A stretch of 61,797 nucleotides of DNA from Christensenella sp. UBA1750 (lineage in GTDB: Bacteria > Bacillota > Clostridia > Christensenellales > UBA1750): NCBI GenBank assembly GCA_002315655.1, contig DCHO01000049.1, positions 1 to 61,797 on the forward strand. Direction: 5' to 3'. Numbering within the stretch: the stretch's first letter is position 1; each line of letters opens with the position of its first letter. The position numbers and the translations under genes were made by a program. Shown one piece after another: positions 1-8,475 of the stretch. A model generated the notes under the pieces. That model worked only from the letters and a program-made list of their open reading frames with translations. It made no database searches and was not told where the DNA came from.

Positions 1-37
1 CCGGCCGTGAATCGTAGATGAACAGGGCTTGCAATTC

Positions 38-66
38 TGTGTCAAAGAACGAAGTTCTTTGACACA
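38..66. repeat. Perfect 13-bp inverted repeat with GAA loop (REP/MITE-like palindrome)
   Basis: TGTGTCAAAGAAC-GAA-GTTCTTTGACACA, arms exactly complementary. Confidence 0.7.
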
Positions 67-94
67 CTGAAGCACGAAATGTGCTTATATAACG

Positions 95-140
95 AAAAAA
101 GGTGCCCGAAGGCAGTGCACAGCGCATGGCCTTCGGGCGA
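95..140 (-). terminator. Rho-independent terminator (minus strand)
   Basis: Minus strand GCCCGAAGGC...GCCTTCGGGC stem followed by ACCTTTTTT, just downstream of the 160..366 ORF. Confidence 0.7.
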
Positions 141-159
141 TTTGTGTATGGAGGGTGGT

Positions 160-366
160 TTAGGAGGGGAGGCCGGAGACGGAGCAGCAGCGGCAGGAAG
201 AACAGCCGCCCGAGCAGGAGGAACATCCGCCGGAGGCGCCGCAGGAGCAGCTGCCCTGGCAGCGGACGCCGGTGGAGGTTACGGTGATGCAGCTGCCGGG
301 GCAGGTGGAGGTGTAGCGGATCTGCCGGATGCCGGATTGGTGGTGCGAGCAGGAGGAACAGGCCAT
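160..366 (-). CDS. Small Cys/Ser/Gly-rich protein (68 aa, 13 Cys), metallothionein-like or spore-coat-like
   Basis: ATG at 366 preceded by AGAAAGGTGG (RBS), TAA at 160-162, own terminator; MACSSCSHH...CSSCSGGCSSCRCC. Confidence 0.65.
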   Translation of the reverse strand: MACSSCSHHQSGIRQIRYTSTCPGSCITVTSTGVRCQGSCSCGASGGCSSCSGGCSSCRCCSVSGLPS

Positions 367-477
367 GAAGATGCCACCTTTCTGTGTGCGGTGTGCAGAA
401 AGATTTCTGCCGCTATATCCTATGCAAGAGCGGGACAATTTGCTATAATGAGCGTAAAAGCAAAAGGAGGACAGCGT

Positions 478-1086
478 ATGGAGAAACTGATGAAGCTGGC
501 GGAGCAGCTCTCAAAAAGGGATTACAGTGCCGTGTGTTTTGCAACCGCAGAGGAAGCGAAGGCACACATTCTTTCCGAAATCAAGGAAGGAGAGAGCGTC
601 GGCATCGGCGGCAGCATGACGGTGAAGAGCTTGGGATTGGACGCGGCGCTGTCGGAGCGCGGAAACAGTGTTTTCTGGCACTGGAACGCGAAACCGGGTG
701 AAGGCTTTGCCATGCAGAAGCAGGCGGCCTTTGCTGACGTGTACCTGTGCTCCGCCAATGCCGTGACGAAGGACGGCATCCTTGTTAACATCGACCAGTT
801 CGGCAACCGCTTGGCGGGGCTGATGTTCGGCACCGGGCGGGTATATGTGATCGCTGGGAAAAACAAACTGGTGGGGAACATCGAGGAAGCGCTGGATCGC
901 ATCAAGAATGTGGTCGCGCCGCAGAATGCCCGGCGGCTGAACCTGAACACCCCTTGTGCCAAACTGGGACAATGCACCGACTGCAACAGCCCCCAGCGGA
1001 TGTGCCACGCCACCTTACTGTTGGAACGAAAGCCCGGTACGCACCCCATCGAAGTGGTGCTGGTGAACGAGGACTTGGGCTATTGA
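478..1086 (+). CDS. LUD-domain (lactate utilization LutC/YkgG-like) protein
   Basis: AAAGGAGG RBS then ATG at 478; GIGGSMT, YLCSANA, NIDxxGNR, GKNK, C-terminal PCxxxGxCxDCxSPxRMC cluster. Confidence 0.8.
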   Translation: MEKLMKLAEQLSKRDYSAVCFATAEEAKAHILSEIKEGESVGIGGSMTVKSLGLDAALSERGNSVFWHWNAKPGEGFAMQKQAAFADVYLCSANAVTKDGILVNIDQFGNRLAGLMFGTGRVYVIAGKNKLVGNIEEALDRIKNVVAPQNARRLNLNTPCAKLGQCTDCNSPQRMCHATLLLERKPGTHPIEVVLVNEDLGY

Positions 1087-1087
1087 C

Positions 1088-1576
1088 ATGAACATGGATG
1101 CAATCGAGTGTTTGGGCATCAAGCGGGTGCTGGACAGAGGCACGGCAGAGGTGCTGTTCCGGGACGAGGGAACAATCCTTGTGAAGGACACGGTTTCCGG
1201 CGCGGTGATGCTGGCTTCCGATGATGCGGAGGCGGGCAAAAAGGCTTTGACCGAAAATTACGATCTCATTTCCCCCGAGGAGCTGCGGGAAGTGATTGAA
1301 AGAGAAGCTTTGCTCATCGGGGAAAAGGACGGGGATAAAGTGGGCTTTATCGGGGAGCACCTGGAGGGCAGTATGGGACTGCTCTATGTGATCCCGGAGC
1401 ACAGAAGGAACCATTACGCGCAGGAGCTGGAAAGCATCTATGTTTCAAAAACGCTGGACAAAGGGTTTATCCCCTTCGGACAGGTGAAGGCGGGCAACGA
1501 GCCTTCCCTGCGTTTACAGGAGAAATTGGGGTTCACCAGATCGGAAACGTTGATCTATTGGATGTGGAAAGAATAA
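1088..1576 (+). CDS. GNAT family N-acetyltransferase
   Basis: GSMGLLYVIPEHRRNHYA and NEPSLRLQEKLGF acetyl-CoA-binding motifs. Confidence 0.8.
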   Translation: MNMDAIECLGIKRVLDRGTAEVLFRDEGTILVKDTVSGAVMLASDDAEAGKKALTENYDLISPEELREVIEREALLIGEKDGDKVGFIGEHLEGSMGLLYVIPEHRRNHYAQELESIYVSKTLDKGFIPFGQVKAGNEPSLRLQEKLGFTRSETLIYWMWKE

Positions 1577-1593
1577 AAAGGGAGGCAGATAAG

Positions 1594-2457
1594 ATGAACA
1601 GACGTTCCTTTTCGGAAAGGGATTATGATGCGGTTTATGCTTTTCTTCTCAAGATGAACCGTGAGAACAAGACCTACATCAACTGGAATTGGGCGCGGTT
1701 TGAATGGATGTACTGGCATCGTGACTTTGAAAAGAGCCTGGAAAACAGCATTGGCCTGTGGATGGAAAATGACGAGGTTGCAGGTGTCGCCATCTATGAC
1801 CAGTACTTTGGTGAAGGCTATGTTGGGGCATTACCTGCCTATCGTTCTTTAATTCCCGAAATTCTGCAATACGCTTATGAACAACTCAAAGATGACAACG
1901 GTTTGGGAATCGCAATCAACGATGCGGACGAAGGGATGCAGTCTGCCGCGAAAGAGCAGGGCTTTACGCTTTCGGAGCAGACGGAGAACATTATGCGCAT
2001 ACCGATTGATCATCAATTCTGCGTTCATTTGCCAAAAGGGTTATCCATACGGGAGATTGACCGGGAGAAGGACGGAGAAAAGTATGACGAGGTGCTGTGG
2101 AAGGGCTTTGACCACGGGAATGACAGAGAGGAATTCCTGCGCGAGAACACGCTGAAAATCCCTGAACGCAAGCATTACAGACAGGAATTGTGTCTGGCTG
2201 TTGCGGATGCGCAGGACAATTTCATTGCACACGCGCAAGGGTGGCTTGCAGATAACACCGACTATCTGTATGTTGAGCCGGTTTGTGTGATTCCGCAGGC
2301 ACGCGGAAGCGGCATCGGCAACTGTGTGGTGAAGGAACTGTTGAACCGCGCTGCACAACTTGGGGCAAAGCAGGCTTATGTGATCTCCGATAATCCGTTC
2401 TATGAAAAAATAGGGTTTGTAAACGATCAGCATTACACCTTCTGGTGGAAAGAATAG
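1594..2457 (+). CDS. GNAT family N-acetyltransferase (two-domain)
   Basis: GGGAGG RBS then ATG 1594; VEPVCVIPQARGSGIG and FYEKIGF motifs. Confidence 0.8.
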   Translation: MNRRSFSERDYDAVYAFLLKMNRENKTYINWNWARFEWMYWHRDFEKSLENSIGLWMENDEVAGVAIYDQYFGEGYVGALPAYRSLIPEILQYAYEQLKDDNGLGIAINDADEGMQSAAKEQGFTLSEQTENIMRIPIDHQFCVHLPKGLSIREIDREKDGEKYDEVLWKGFDHGNDREEFLRENTLKIPERKHYRQELCLAVADAQDNFIAHAQGWLADNTDYLYVEPVCVIPQARGSGIGNCVVKELLNRAAQLGAKQAYVISDNPFYEKIGFVNDQHYTFWWKE

Positions 2458-2466
2458 GAGTAAAGT

Positions 2467-4437
2467 ATGGCAGTTTGGATCTGGTACCCGCAGGATTTTG
2501 AGATTGACCTGTGCGGCAAGGTGGAGTTTCGCCGCCGCGACCACGGCATGACCTATCCGACCGTTTGGCGGTTGGACGCCCCCTCGCGCTCGGTGCATTT
2601 TGTGAAGAAATATACGCTGGATGCGCCCGGCACCATCCGCATTTTTGCGCAGGGCGAGCCGTATTGCTGCATTGACAATCTGGTTGTGCCCGACAGATGC
2701 GAAACCGTGGAGCTGCCTAAGGGAACCCACGAATTGCGGGTCGGCGTGATGAGCCTTCATTCCCTTCCTGCGCTCTACATTGACGGCGCACTGGAAACCG
2801 ATGAGAGCTTTGTCACCTCCGATGATTTTGTGCATTTCGTTCCCTGCGGCTACTCGAAGCTGTTCGACGCGCCGGAGAAACGCCCGGAGGACTATCGGCT
2901 GCCCACCAGACACCTTGACCCGGTGGGGAAGACCAAGGAAGGCTACTGGGATTTCGGTAAGGAGAGCTTCGGCTTTATTCACTTTGACGCGGCGAAGGAC
3001 GGCGAGTGCATCGTCTTTTGCGGTGAATCCGTCCCGGAATGTGACGCGGGCATGGGCGCGGAGCTGTGGGACAGGGTGCAGGTGAAAAAGGGACAGCACG
3101 TCCGCATCGACACCCGCGCTCTGCGTTACCTGCGCATTGACGGAGATGTGGAGGACGGCAGCGTCTATGTGGAGGAGGAGTACAACGGGCTTCCCTTCCG
3201 CGCTTCTTTTAAGAGCAACGATGCGCGGCTGAACAAAATTTATGATGTTTCGGCCTATACGATGGAAATGTGTACCCGCGAGTTTTTCCTGGACGGCTTG
3301 AAGCGCGACCGCTGGCTGTGGGCGGGGGATGCGCTGGAATCGGTGATGATGAACCCCTATTCCTATTTTGATTCCGAAACCACAAGAAGAACGCTGGCCG
3401 CCCTGCGCGGACGCGAGCCCTTCACCCAGCACATCAACCGCATTCTGGATTATTCCTTCTATTGGGTCATTTCCGTGTGGGAGGACTTCTTTGCCACGGG
3501 CGATGCCTCCTTCATCCGCTCCATCTATTCCAAGATGGTCTCCATGATGGAATACACGCTTTCCTGTTGCAACGAGGACGGCTTCATCGTGGGCAGAAAG
3601 CAGGACTGGGTGTTTGTGGACTGGGCGGACATGAGCAAGGAAGGCGAGCTGTGCATCGAACAGGTGCTGCTGTGGAAGGCCATGGACATTCTGCACAGGA
3701 GCGCGGAATTGCTGGACAAGGAGGAAGATGCGGCACGCTTCGGCGGCATTGCGGACAAGCTGAAAGATAAGATCATGGAGGTCTTCTGGTCGGAGGAAAA
3801 GGGTACGTTGCTGCACCAGCGACTGAACGGAAAGGTACAAGGGCACACCCGCTACGCGCCCATGTTTGCGCTGATGTACGGGATGTTGACTCCCGAACAG
3901 GAACAGTTGGTGATTGCAAACTCCTTACTGGGCGGCGATGCGCCGAAGATCACCACGCCCTATATGCGCTTTTACGAGATGGACGCCCTCATGCGTTGCG
4001 GAAAAGCGGAAGAAGTGCTTTCCGATGTGAAGGCCTACTGGGGCGGGATGCTGGACTTGGGCGCAACGACCATCTGGGAGCAGTTTGACCCGGAGGAAAA
4101 GGGCTTGGAGCATTATGCCATGTACGGCAGACCCTTCGGGCGCTCCCTGTGCCACTGCTGGGGCGCGGGCCCGATTTATCTCTGCGGGCGGTATGTGCTG
4201 GGCGTAAAGCCCTTAGAGCCGGGGTATGCAAAATACGAAGTCGCACCGCAAACAGGCGGGCTTCATCAGGCTTCTGGCTCCGTGCCGACAACGGACGGTG
4301 ATATTTCGGTGGAGATTGACGGCGAGCACGTCACGGTGAGCAGCACCTGCGGCGGGGAAGGAACCCTCATCTGGAACGGAGAAACCGTGCAGATTCCTGC
4401 CGGAACCAAAGAGAAACCGGCTGTTGTGAAATTATAA
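2467..4437 (+). CDS. Alpha-L-rhamnosidase (GH78-like)
   Basis: DGLKRDRWLWAGD, FVDWA, GATTIWE, RSLCHCWGAGP motifs. Confidence 0.85.
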   Translation: MAVWIWYPQDFEIDLCGKVEFRRRDHGMTYPTVWRLDAPSRSVHFVKKYTLDAPGTIRIFAQGEPYCCIDNLVVPDRCETVELPKGTHELRVGVMSLHSLPALYIDGALETDESFVTSDDFVHFVPCGYSKLFDAPEKRPEDYRLPTRHLDPVGKTKEGYWDFGKESFGFIHFDAAKDGECIVFCGESVPECDAGMGAELWDRVQVKKGQHVRIDTRALRYLRIDGDVEDGSVYVEEEYNGLPFRASFKSNDARLNKIYDVSAYTMEMCTREFFLDGLKRDRWLWAGDALESVMMNPYSYFDSETTRRTLAALRGREPFTQHINRILDYSFYWVISVWEDFFATGDASFIRSIYSKMVSMMEYTLSCCNEDGFIVGRKQDWVFVDWADMSKEGELCIEQVLLWKAMDILHRSAELLDKEEDAARFGGIADKLKDKIMEVFWSEEKGTLLHQRLNGKVQGHTRYAPMFALMYGMLTPEQEQLVIANSLLGGDAPKITTPYMRFYEMDALMRCGKAEEVLSDVKAYWGGMLDLGATTIWEQFDPEEKGLEHYAMYGRPFGRSLCHCWGAGPIYLCGRYVLGVKPLEPGYAKYEVAPQTGGLHQASGSVPTTDGDISVEIDGEHVTVSSTCGGEGTLIWNGETVQIPAGTKEKPAVVKL

Positions 4438-4443
4438 ACAGTA

Positions 4444-4483
4444 CACCAAAAGAGGCGGAAAACCGCTTCTTTTGGTGCTTTTT
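4444..4483 (+). terminator. Rho-independent terminator
   Basis: CACCAAAAGAGGCGG-AAAA-CCGCTTCTTTTGGTG followed by CTTTTT. Confidence 0.8.
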
Positions 4484-4566
4484 GGCGGCTTCTCTTTTGC
4501 ATCCTTCCGATTCCTGCTAATGTAATTTCAGGGAATTTTCCGGGAAATGAAAGGCAGGAGAGGAAC

Positions 4567-5358
4567 ATGGGAGAGGCAATCGTGATCACTTCGGGAAAGG
4601 GCGGCGTGGGGAAGACCACGGCAACGCTGAACATCGGCGCGGCGCTGGCACTGAAAGGCGCGCACGTTGTTCTTGTGGACACGGACATCGGACTTAGGAA
4701 TCTGGATGTGGTCATGGGGCTGGAGGAGAAGGTGACGTATGACTTGATCGACGTGCTGGAGGGCAAGTGCCGCATTCGGCAGGCGCTTGTGGACGATCCG
4801 CGCTTTTTCGGCAGGCTGCATCTTCTCCCGGCGGCGCAGACGCGGGACAAGCGGGAGATCGAGGCGGAACAGATGCGGTCTCTGGCCAAGGAACTGAAAG
4901 GAATGTTCGATTTTGTGCTCATTGACTGCCCGGCGGGCATCGAAACGGGCTTCGTGAATGCCGTGGCGGGGGCGGATTCCGCCGTGGTCGTGACCATGCC
5001 GGAGGTGTCCTCCGTGCGGGACGCGGATAAAGTCATCAGCATTCTGAAAGCTCTATCCATGCCAAAGCCGAAGATCATCGTCAACCGTCTGCGGACGAAG
5101 ATGGTGCGCCGGGGCGACATGATGGACGAAAACGACATGGCGGAAATGCTTGCCTGTGAATTGCTCGGCATCATCCCGGACGATGAGACGGTGATCCGCG
5201 CCGGGAACTTAGGGGAGCCTGTGGTGCGCGGGACAAGCCCGGTGTCGCTGGCTTACCGCAATATTGCGGAGCGTTTGCAGGGGGAAAACGTGCCTTTGCA
5301 GGTTCTCCACCGGGAAAAATTCAGCATTTTCCGCAAACTCAAACGGAAACTGGGATGA
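4567..5358 (+). CDS. minD: Septum site-determining ATPase MinD
   Basis: ITSGKGGVGKTT deviant Walker A, DTDIGLRNLD, LIDCPAGIE, amphipathic C-terminus FSIFRKLKRKLG. Confidence 0.92.
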   Translation: MGEAIVITSGKGGVGKTTATLNIGAALALKGAHVVLVDTDIGLRNLDVVMGLEEKVTYDLIDVLEGKCRIRQALVDDPRFFGRLHLLPAAQTRDKREIEAEQMRSLAKELKGMFDFVLIDCPAGIETGFVNAVAGADSAVVVTMPEVSSVRDADKVISILKALSMPKPKIIVNRLRTKMVRRGDMMDENDMAEMLACELLGIIPDDETVIRAGNLGEPVVRGTSPVSLAYRNIAERLQGENVPLQVLHREKFSIFRKLKRKLG

Positions 5359-5369
5359 AGGAGGGGCAC

Positions 5370-5618
5370 ATGAGCATTTTTCAGAGCAACAAAACGGGCG
5401 CGGCGGCAAAGGCGCGGCTCAATACCTGTCTTCGGGAAGACAGAACGCACCTGACCAACCGGGAGCTGATGCTGATTCGGCTTGATGTGCTCGCCGCGCT
5501 TTCCGAATATGTGGAAATGGAGCGGGAGAGCATGAAGGTTTCTCTGGTTCATGGAGGACAAAATGAGCCAAACTCCCTTCTGATCTCGGTTCCGATCTTA
5601 GTCCGGAAGGCAAAATGA
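5370..5618 (+). CDS. minE: Cell division topological specificity factor MinE
   Basis: AAKARL...DR motif, directly after minD; AAGGAGGGG RBS. Confidence 0.8.
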   Translation: MSIFQSNKTGAAAKARLNTCLREDRTHLTNRELMLIRLDVLAALSEYVEMERESMKVSLVHGGQNEPNSLLISVPILVRKAK

Positions 5619-5670
5619 GGGCAATTCTATCACAATAAGAAGAAATGTCATAAATCTTGCAGGAATTTGT

Positions 5671-5698
5671 TTGCATTTTTTTCCTGTTTGTGTATAAT
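5671..5698 (+). promoter_or_regulatory. Sigma-A type promoter for darA-holB-ricT
   Basis: TTGCAT-16nt-TATAAT with TG directly before the -10. Confidence 0.6.
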
Positions 5699-5740
5699 AG
5701 AAGGTGTAAAGAAATTATCCTTTCCGACAGGAGGTTTATT

Positions 5741-6070
5741 ATGAAACTCATTATCGCTATCGTTCAGGATGAAGATACGGCCCGTTTGGTCAGCAATCTG
5801 ATGAACGGCGGCTTCTCCGTCACCAAGCTCGCCACCACTGGCGGCTTCCTGCGCGCCGGCAACACCACCCTGCTCTTAGGTGTGGACGAATCCAAGTATC
5901 AGGCGGCTCTGGACATTATCGAGAAGGTCTGCAAGTCCCGCAAGCAGATCGCCACTTCTCCCTCTCCTGTGGCTGGCACCACCGGCGTTTATGTTCCCTA
6001 TCCCATCGAGGTCATGGTTGGCGGCGCGATCCTGTTCGTGCTGAATGTGGAACAGTTCATCAAGCTGTAA
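5741..6070 (+). CDS. darA: Cyclic-di-AMP receptor DarA/PstA (YaaQ, PII-like)
   Basis: MKLIIAIVQDED, TKLATTGGFLRAGNTT, VGGA; next to holB as in Bacillus. Confidence 0.9.
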   Translation: MKLIIAIVQDEDTARLVSNLMNGGFSVTKLATTGGFLRAGNTTLLLGVDESKYQAALDIIEKVCKSRKQIATSPSPVAGTTGVYVPYPIEVMVGGAILFVLNVEQFIKL

Positions 6071-6082
6071 TTCATCGTCAAA

Positions 6083-7069
6083 ATGGCATTGAAATTTAGT
6101 GAACTGCATGGGCAGCCGGGCGTGCTGGAGGAACTTAGGCGTTCCTTCACGGCAGGCTCGGTTGTTCATGCCTTTTTTATCCATGGGGATGCGGGCTGCG
6201 GCAAAAAAACGCTGGCCGAGACCCTATCTTTGGCGTTGCATTGTGAGCATTCTACGGACAAGCCCTGCATGGAATGCGGGAGCTGCATAAGGATGCTTTC
6301 CGGCAGCCATCCTGACCATATCCGGCTGAAATCCGAAAACGCCACCATCAGCGTGAAGGAGACCCGCGACCTCATTGACCGGCTTTCCGACAAGCCCTAT
6401 GAGGGCGGCAAGCGCACCGTGGTCATTGAGGACTGCGACAAAATGACCGACAGCGCCCAGAACGCCTTCTTAAAAACGCTGGAGGAGCCGGACGGGCAGA
6501 CGGTCTTCTTTCTGCTGACCGCTCATCCCGAGGCGGTGCTCACAACCATCCGTTCCCGCTGCCGCCCCATTTATATGCCGCGTCTCTCCAAGGACGTGAT
6601 CTTTGAAGACCTCATTCAAAGAGGCATTGCGCAGGAGAAGGCAACATACTTATCCAACCTGTGCGAAGGGGTGCTGGGGCGTGCGCTGGAATTGCAGAAG
6701 GACGACGACCCTTACTATGCCTATCGGGCGGAAGCGGTGCAGATGTTAAAGAACCTTCGGCACAAAGAGGATGTTCCCAAGGTTATGTCGAAAATGGATG
6801 ATAAGCGCAAAGCGGAGGATTCCTTGCAGTTCTTGTCTGTACTGGAAGCGGTGCTCCGCGATTTGTGGCGCGAAAAAGCAGAACTGCCGCTTATGGATTC
6901 TGCGATAGATGAGGAAATCAGTGACTTAGGCAGGCACTTTTCAATAGATGCGGTATCGGTCATTATGCAGGAGCTCATTTTCGTGCGCAAGCGGGTCAAC
7001 TCCCATGTGCAGTGGAAATCCGCCGTCAATCCGATGCTGCAAAGAATCGTGGAGGAAAGAACTTTATGA
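6083..7069 (+). CDS. holB: DNA polymerase III subunit delta'
   Basis: GCGKKT, CxxCxSC zinc motif, HPD, NAFLKTLEEP, TIRSRC. Confidence 0.9.
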   Translation: MALKFSELHGQPGVLEELRRSFTAGSVVHAFFIHGDAGCGKKTLAETLSLALHCEHSTDKPCMECGSCIRMLSGSHPDHIRLKSENATISVKETRDLIDRLSDKPYEGGKRTVVIEDCDKMTDSAQNAFLKTLEEPDGQTVFFLLTAHPEAVLTTIRSRCRPIYMPRLSKDVIFEDLIQRGIAQEKATYLSNLCEGVLGRALELQKDDDPYYAYRAEAVQMLKNLRHKEDVPKVMSKMDDKRKAEDSLQFLSVLEAVLRDLWREKAELPLMDSAIDEEISDLGRHFSIDAVSVIMQELIFVRKRVNSHVQWKSAVNPMLQRIVEERTL

Positions 7070-8427
7070 CAACGGTTATCGGTGTCTCCTTCAAGAGAGC
7101 CGGCAAAATGTATTATTTCGACCCCGCGGGACTGGAAATCCATCTGGGCGATCAGGTCATTGTAGAGACCGCCCGGGGCGTTGAGTGCGGGGACGTTGTG
7201 ACCGATCCCAAGCAGGTGGAGGATGAGGAGGTCGTTCAGCCCCTAAAGACGGTGATCCGTCTGGCCACCGACGAGGACAAAAAGCGCATCCAGATGAACG
7301 CCCGCAAGGAAAAGGAAGCCTTTGAGATCGGACAGGCGCGTATAGACTTTCACAAGCTGGAAATGAAGCTGGTGGATGTGGAATACACCTTCGATGTGAG
7401 CAAGATCATCTTCTATTTCACCGCCAACGGCCGTGTGGACTTCCGCGAGCTGGTCAAGGACATGGCTTCCATCTTCAAGACCCGCATCGAATTGCGCCAG
7501 ATCGGCGTGCGCGACGAGGCGAAGATGCTGGGCGGCTTGGGCTCCTGCGGGCGCCCTATTTGCTGCCGCACCTTCTTGGGCGATTTTGAGCCGGTGTCCA
7601 TCAAAATGGCGAAGGAGCAGAATCTGCTGCTCAACCCCACCAAGATTTCCGGCCTGTGCGGTCGCTTGATGTGCTGCTTAAAGTACGAACAGGACACCTA
7701 CGATGAGGTCTATCATAAAGTGCCCAAGGTCGGCAAGGAGGTCGTGACCCCCGACGGCAAGGGCATTGTGACGGAAATTGCCGTGATCCGCGAAAAGATC
7801 AAGGTTAAGGTCATCGGCAAGGAGGGCAATCCCGAATACAAGGAATACGGCTTCGATCAGGTGGCACTGGTGCCAAAGGACGGAAGCTCCGTGATCTTCC
7901 CCGAAGCAAAGCCGGAGGAGGAAGAACCCCTTGACCCCGAAATGACCGCCCTGCTCGGCGCGGAATCCATGAATCTCAATAAGGAAGAAACGGTTGTCAC
8001 TTCCGAAGCGCCTGACAGTGTCGTGGGTGAGGAAAAGCCCCGGCAGCAGGAGCGTCCCCGCCGCAGCCGCGGAGGCCGCGGGCACGGCGGAAACCGTGAC
8101 AATGCGCCACGAAGCGACAGAACCGAAGGACAGGCAAACGCGAACAATTCCCAGCAGGGGCAGGACAGGCAGCCCCGCGAGGGCGAGAACCGTCCCCGTC
8201 CCAACGGAAACCGCCCGCGCCCCAACAACGGGCAGAAGCAGGGGAACAATGACCGCAAGCCCCAGGAAAACAGGGGAGAGGGCAAGCCTGTCGGGGAGCA
8301 GCAGAATCGAGGCAACCGCGACAACCGCCGCCGGAACAACGGCGGAAGACGGGAAAACAACGGCGATCCCAACGCGGTGCGCACCATTCCCAAGCAACCG
8401 CAGCAGCCTAAGAACACAAACGAGTAA
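7066..8427 (+). CDS. ricT: PSP1-domain protein RicT/YaaT with long low-complexity C-terminal tail
   Basis: GKMYYF, GRVDFRELVKD, RIELRQIGVRDEA, GSCGRPICC, KISGLCGRLMCCL. Confidence 0.88.
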   Translation: MTTVIGVSFKRAGKMYYFDPAGLEIHLGDQVIVETARGVECGDVVTDPKQVEDEEVVQPLKTVIRLATDEDKKRIQMNARKEKEAFEIGQARIDFHKLEMKLVDVEYTFDVSKIIFYFTANGRVDFRELVKDMASIFKTRIELRQIGVRDEAKMLGGLGSCGRPICCRTFLGDFEPVSIKMAKEQNLLLNPTKISGLCGRLMCCLKYEQDTYDEVYHKVPKVGKEVVTPDGKGIVTEIAVIREKIKVKVIGKEGNPEYKEYGFDQVALVPKDGSSVIFPEAKPEEEEPLDPEMTALLGAESMNLNKEETVVTSEAPDSVVGEEKPRQQERPRRSRGGRGHGGNRDNAPRSDRTEGQANANNSQQGQDRQPREGENRPRPNGNRPRPNNGQKQGNNDRKPQENRGEGKPVGEQQNRGNRDNRRRNNGGRRENNGDPNAVRTIPKQPQQPKNTNE

Positions 8428-8475
8428 ATACGGAAAAAGCATCGAAGGGTGCTTTTTCCCCTATGGAGGAAAAGT

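Noticed and set aside
79-477. N-terminal Gly/Ala-rich extension of the 335-aa ORF 79..1086
   Set aside because: It is the antisense read of the Cys-rich gene plus intergenic DNA; the LUD protein has a strong RBS and start at 478
2041-3846. 601-aa minus-strand ORF, and similar long antisense ORFs (for example 35295..36605, 13268..14230, 32433..33539, 39279..40319)
   Set aside because: Shadow ORFs opposite well-recognised genes, expected from GC-rich codon usage; no motifs or RBS
5741-7069. c-di-AMP receptor next to holB as a novel association
   Set aside because: This is the conserved yaaQ-holB-yaaT synteny of Firmicutes
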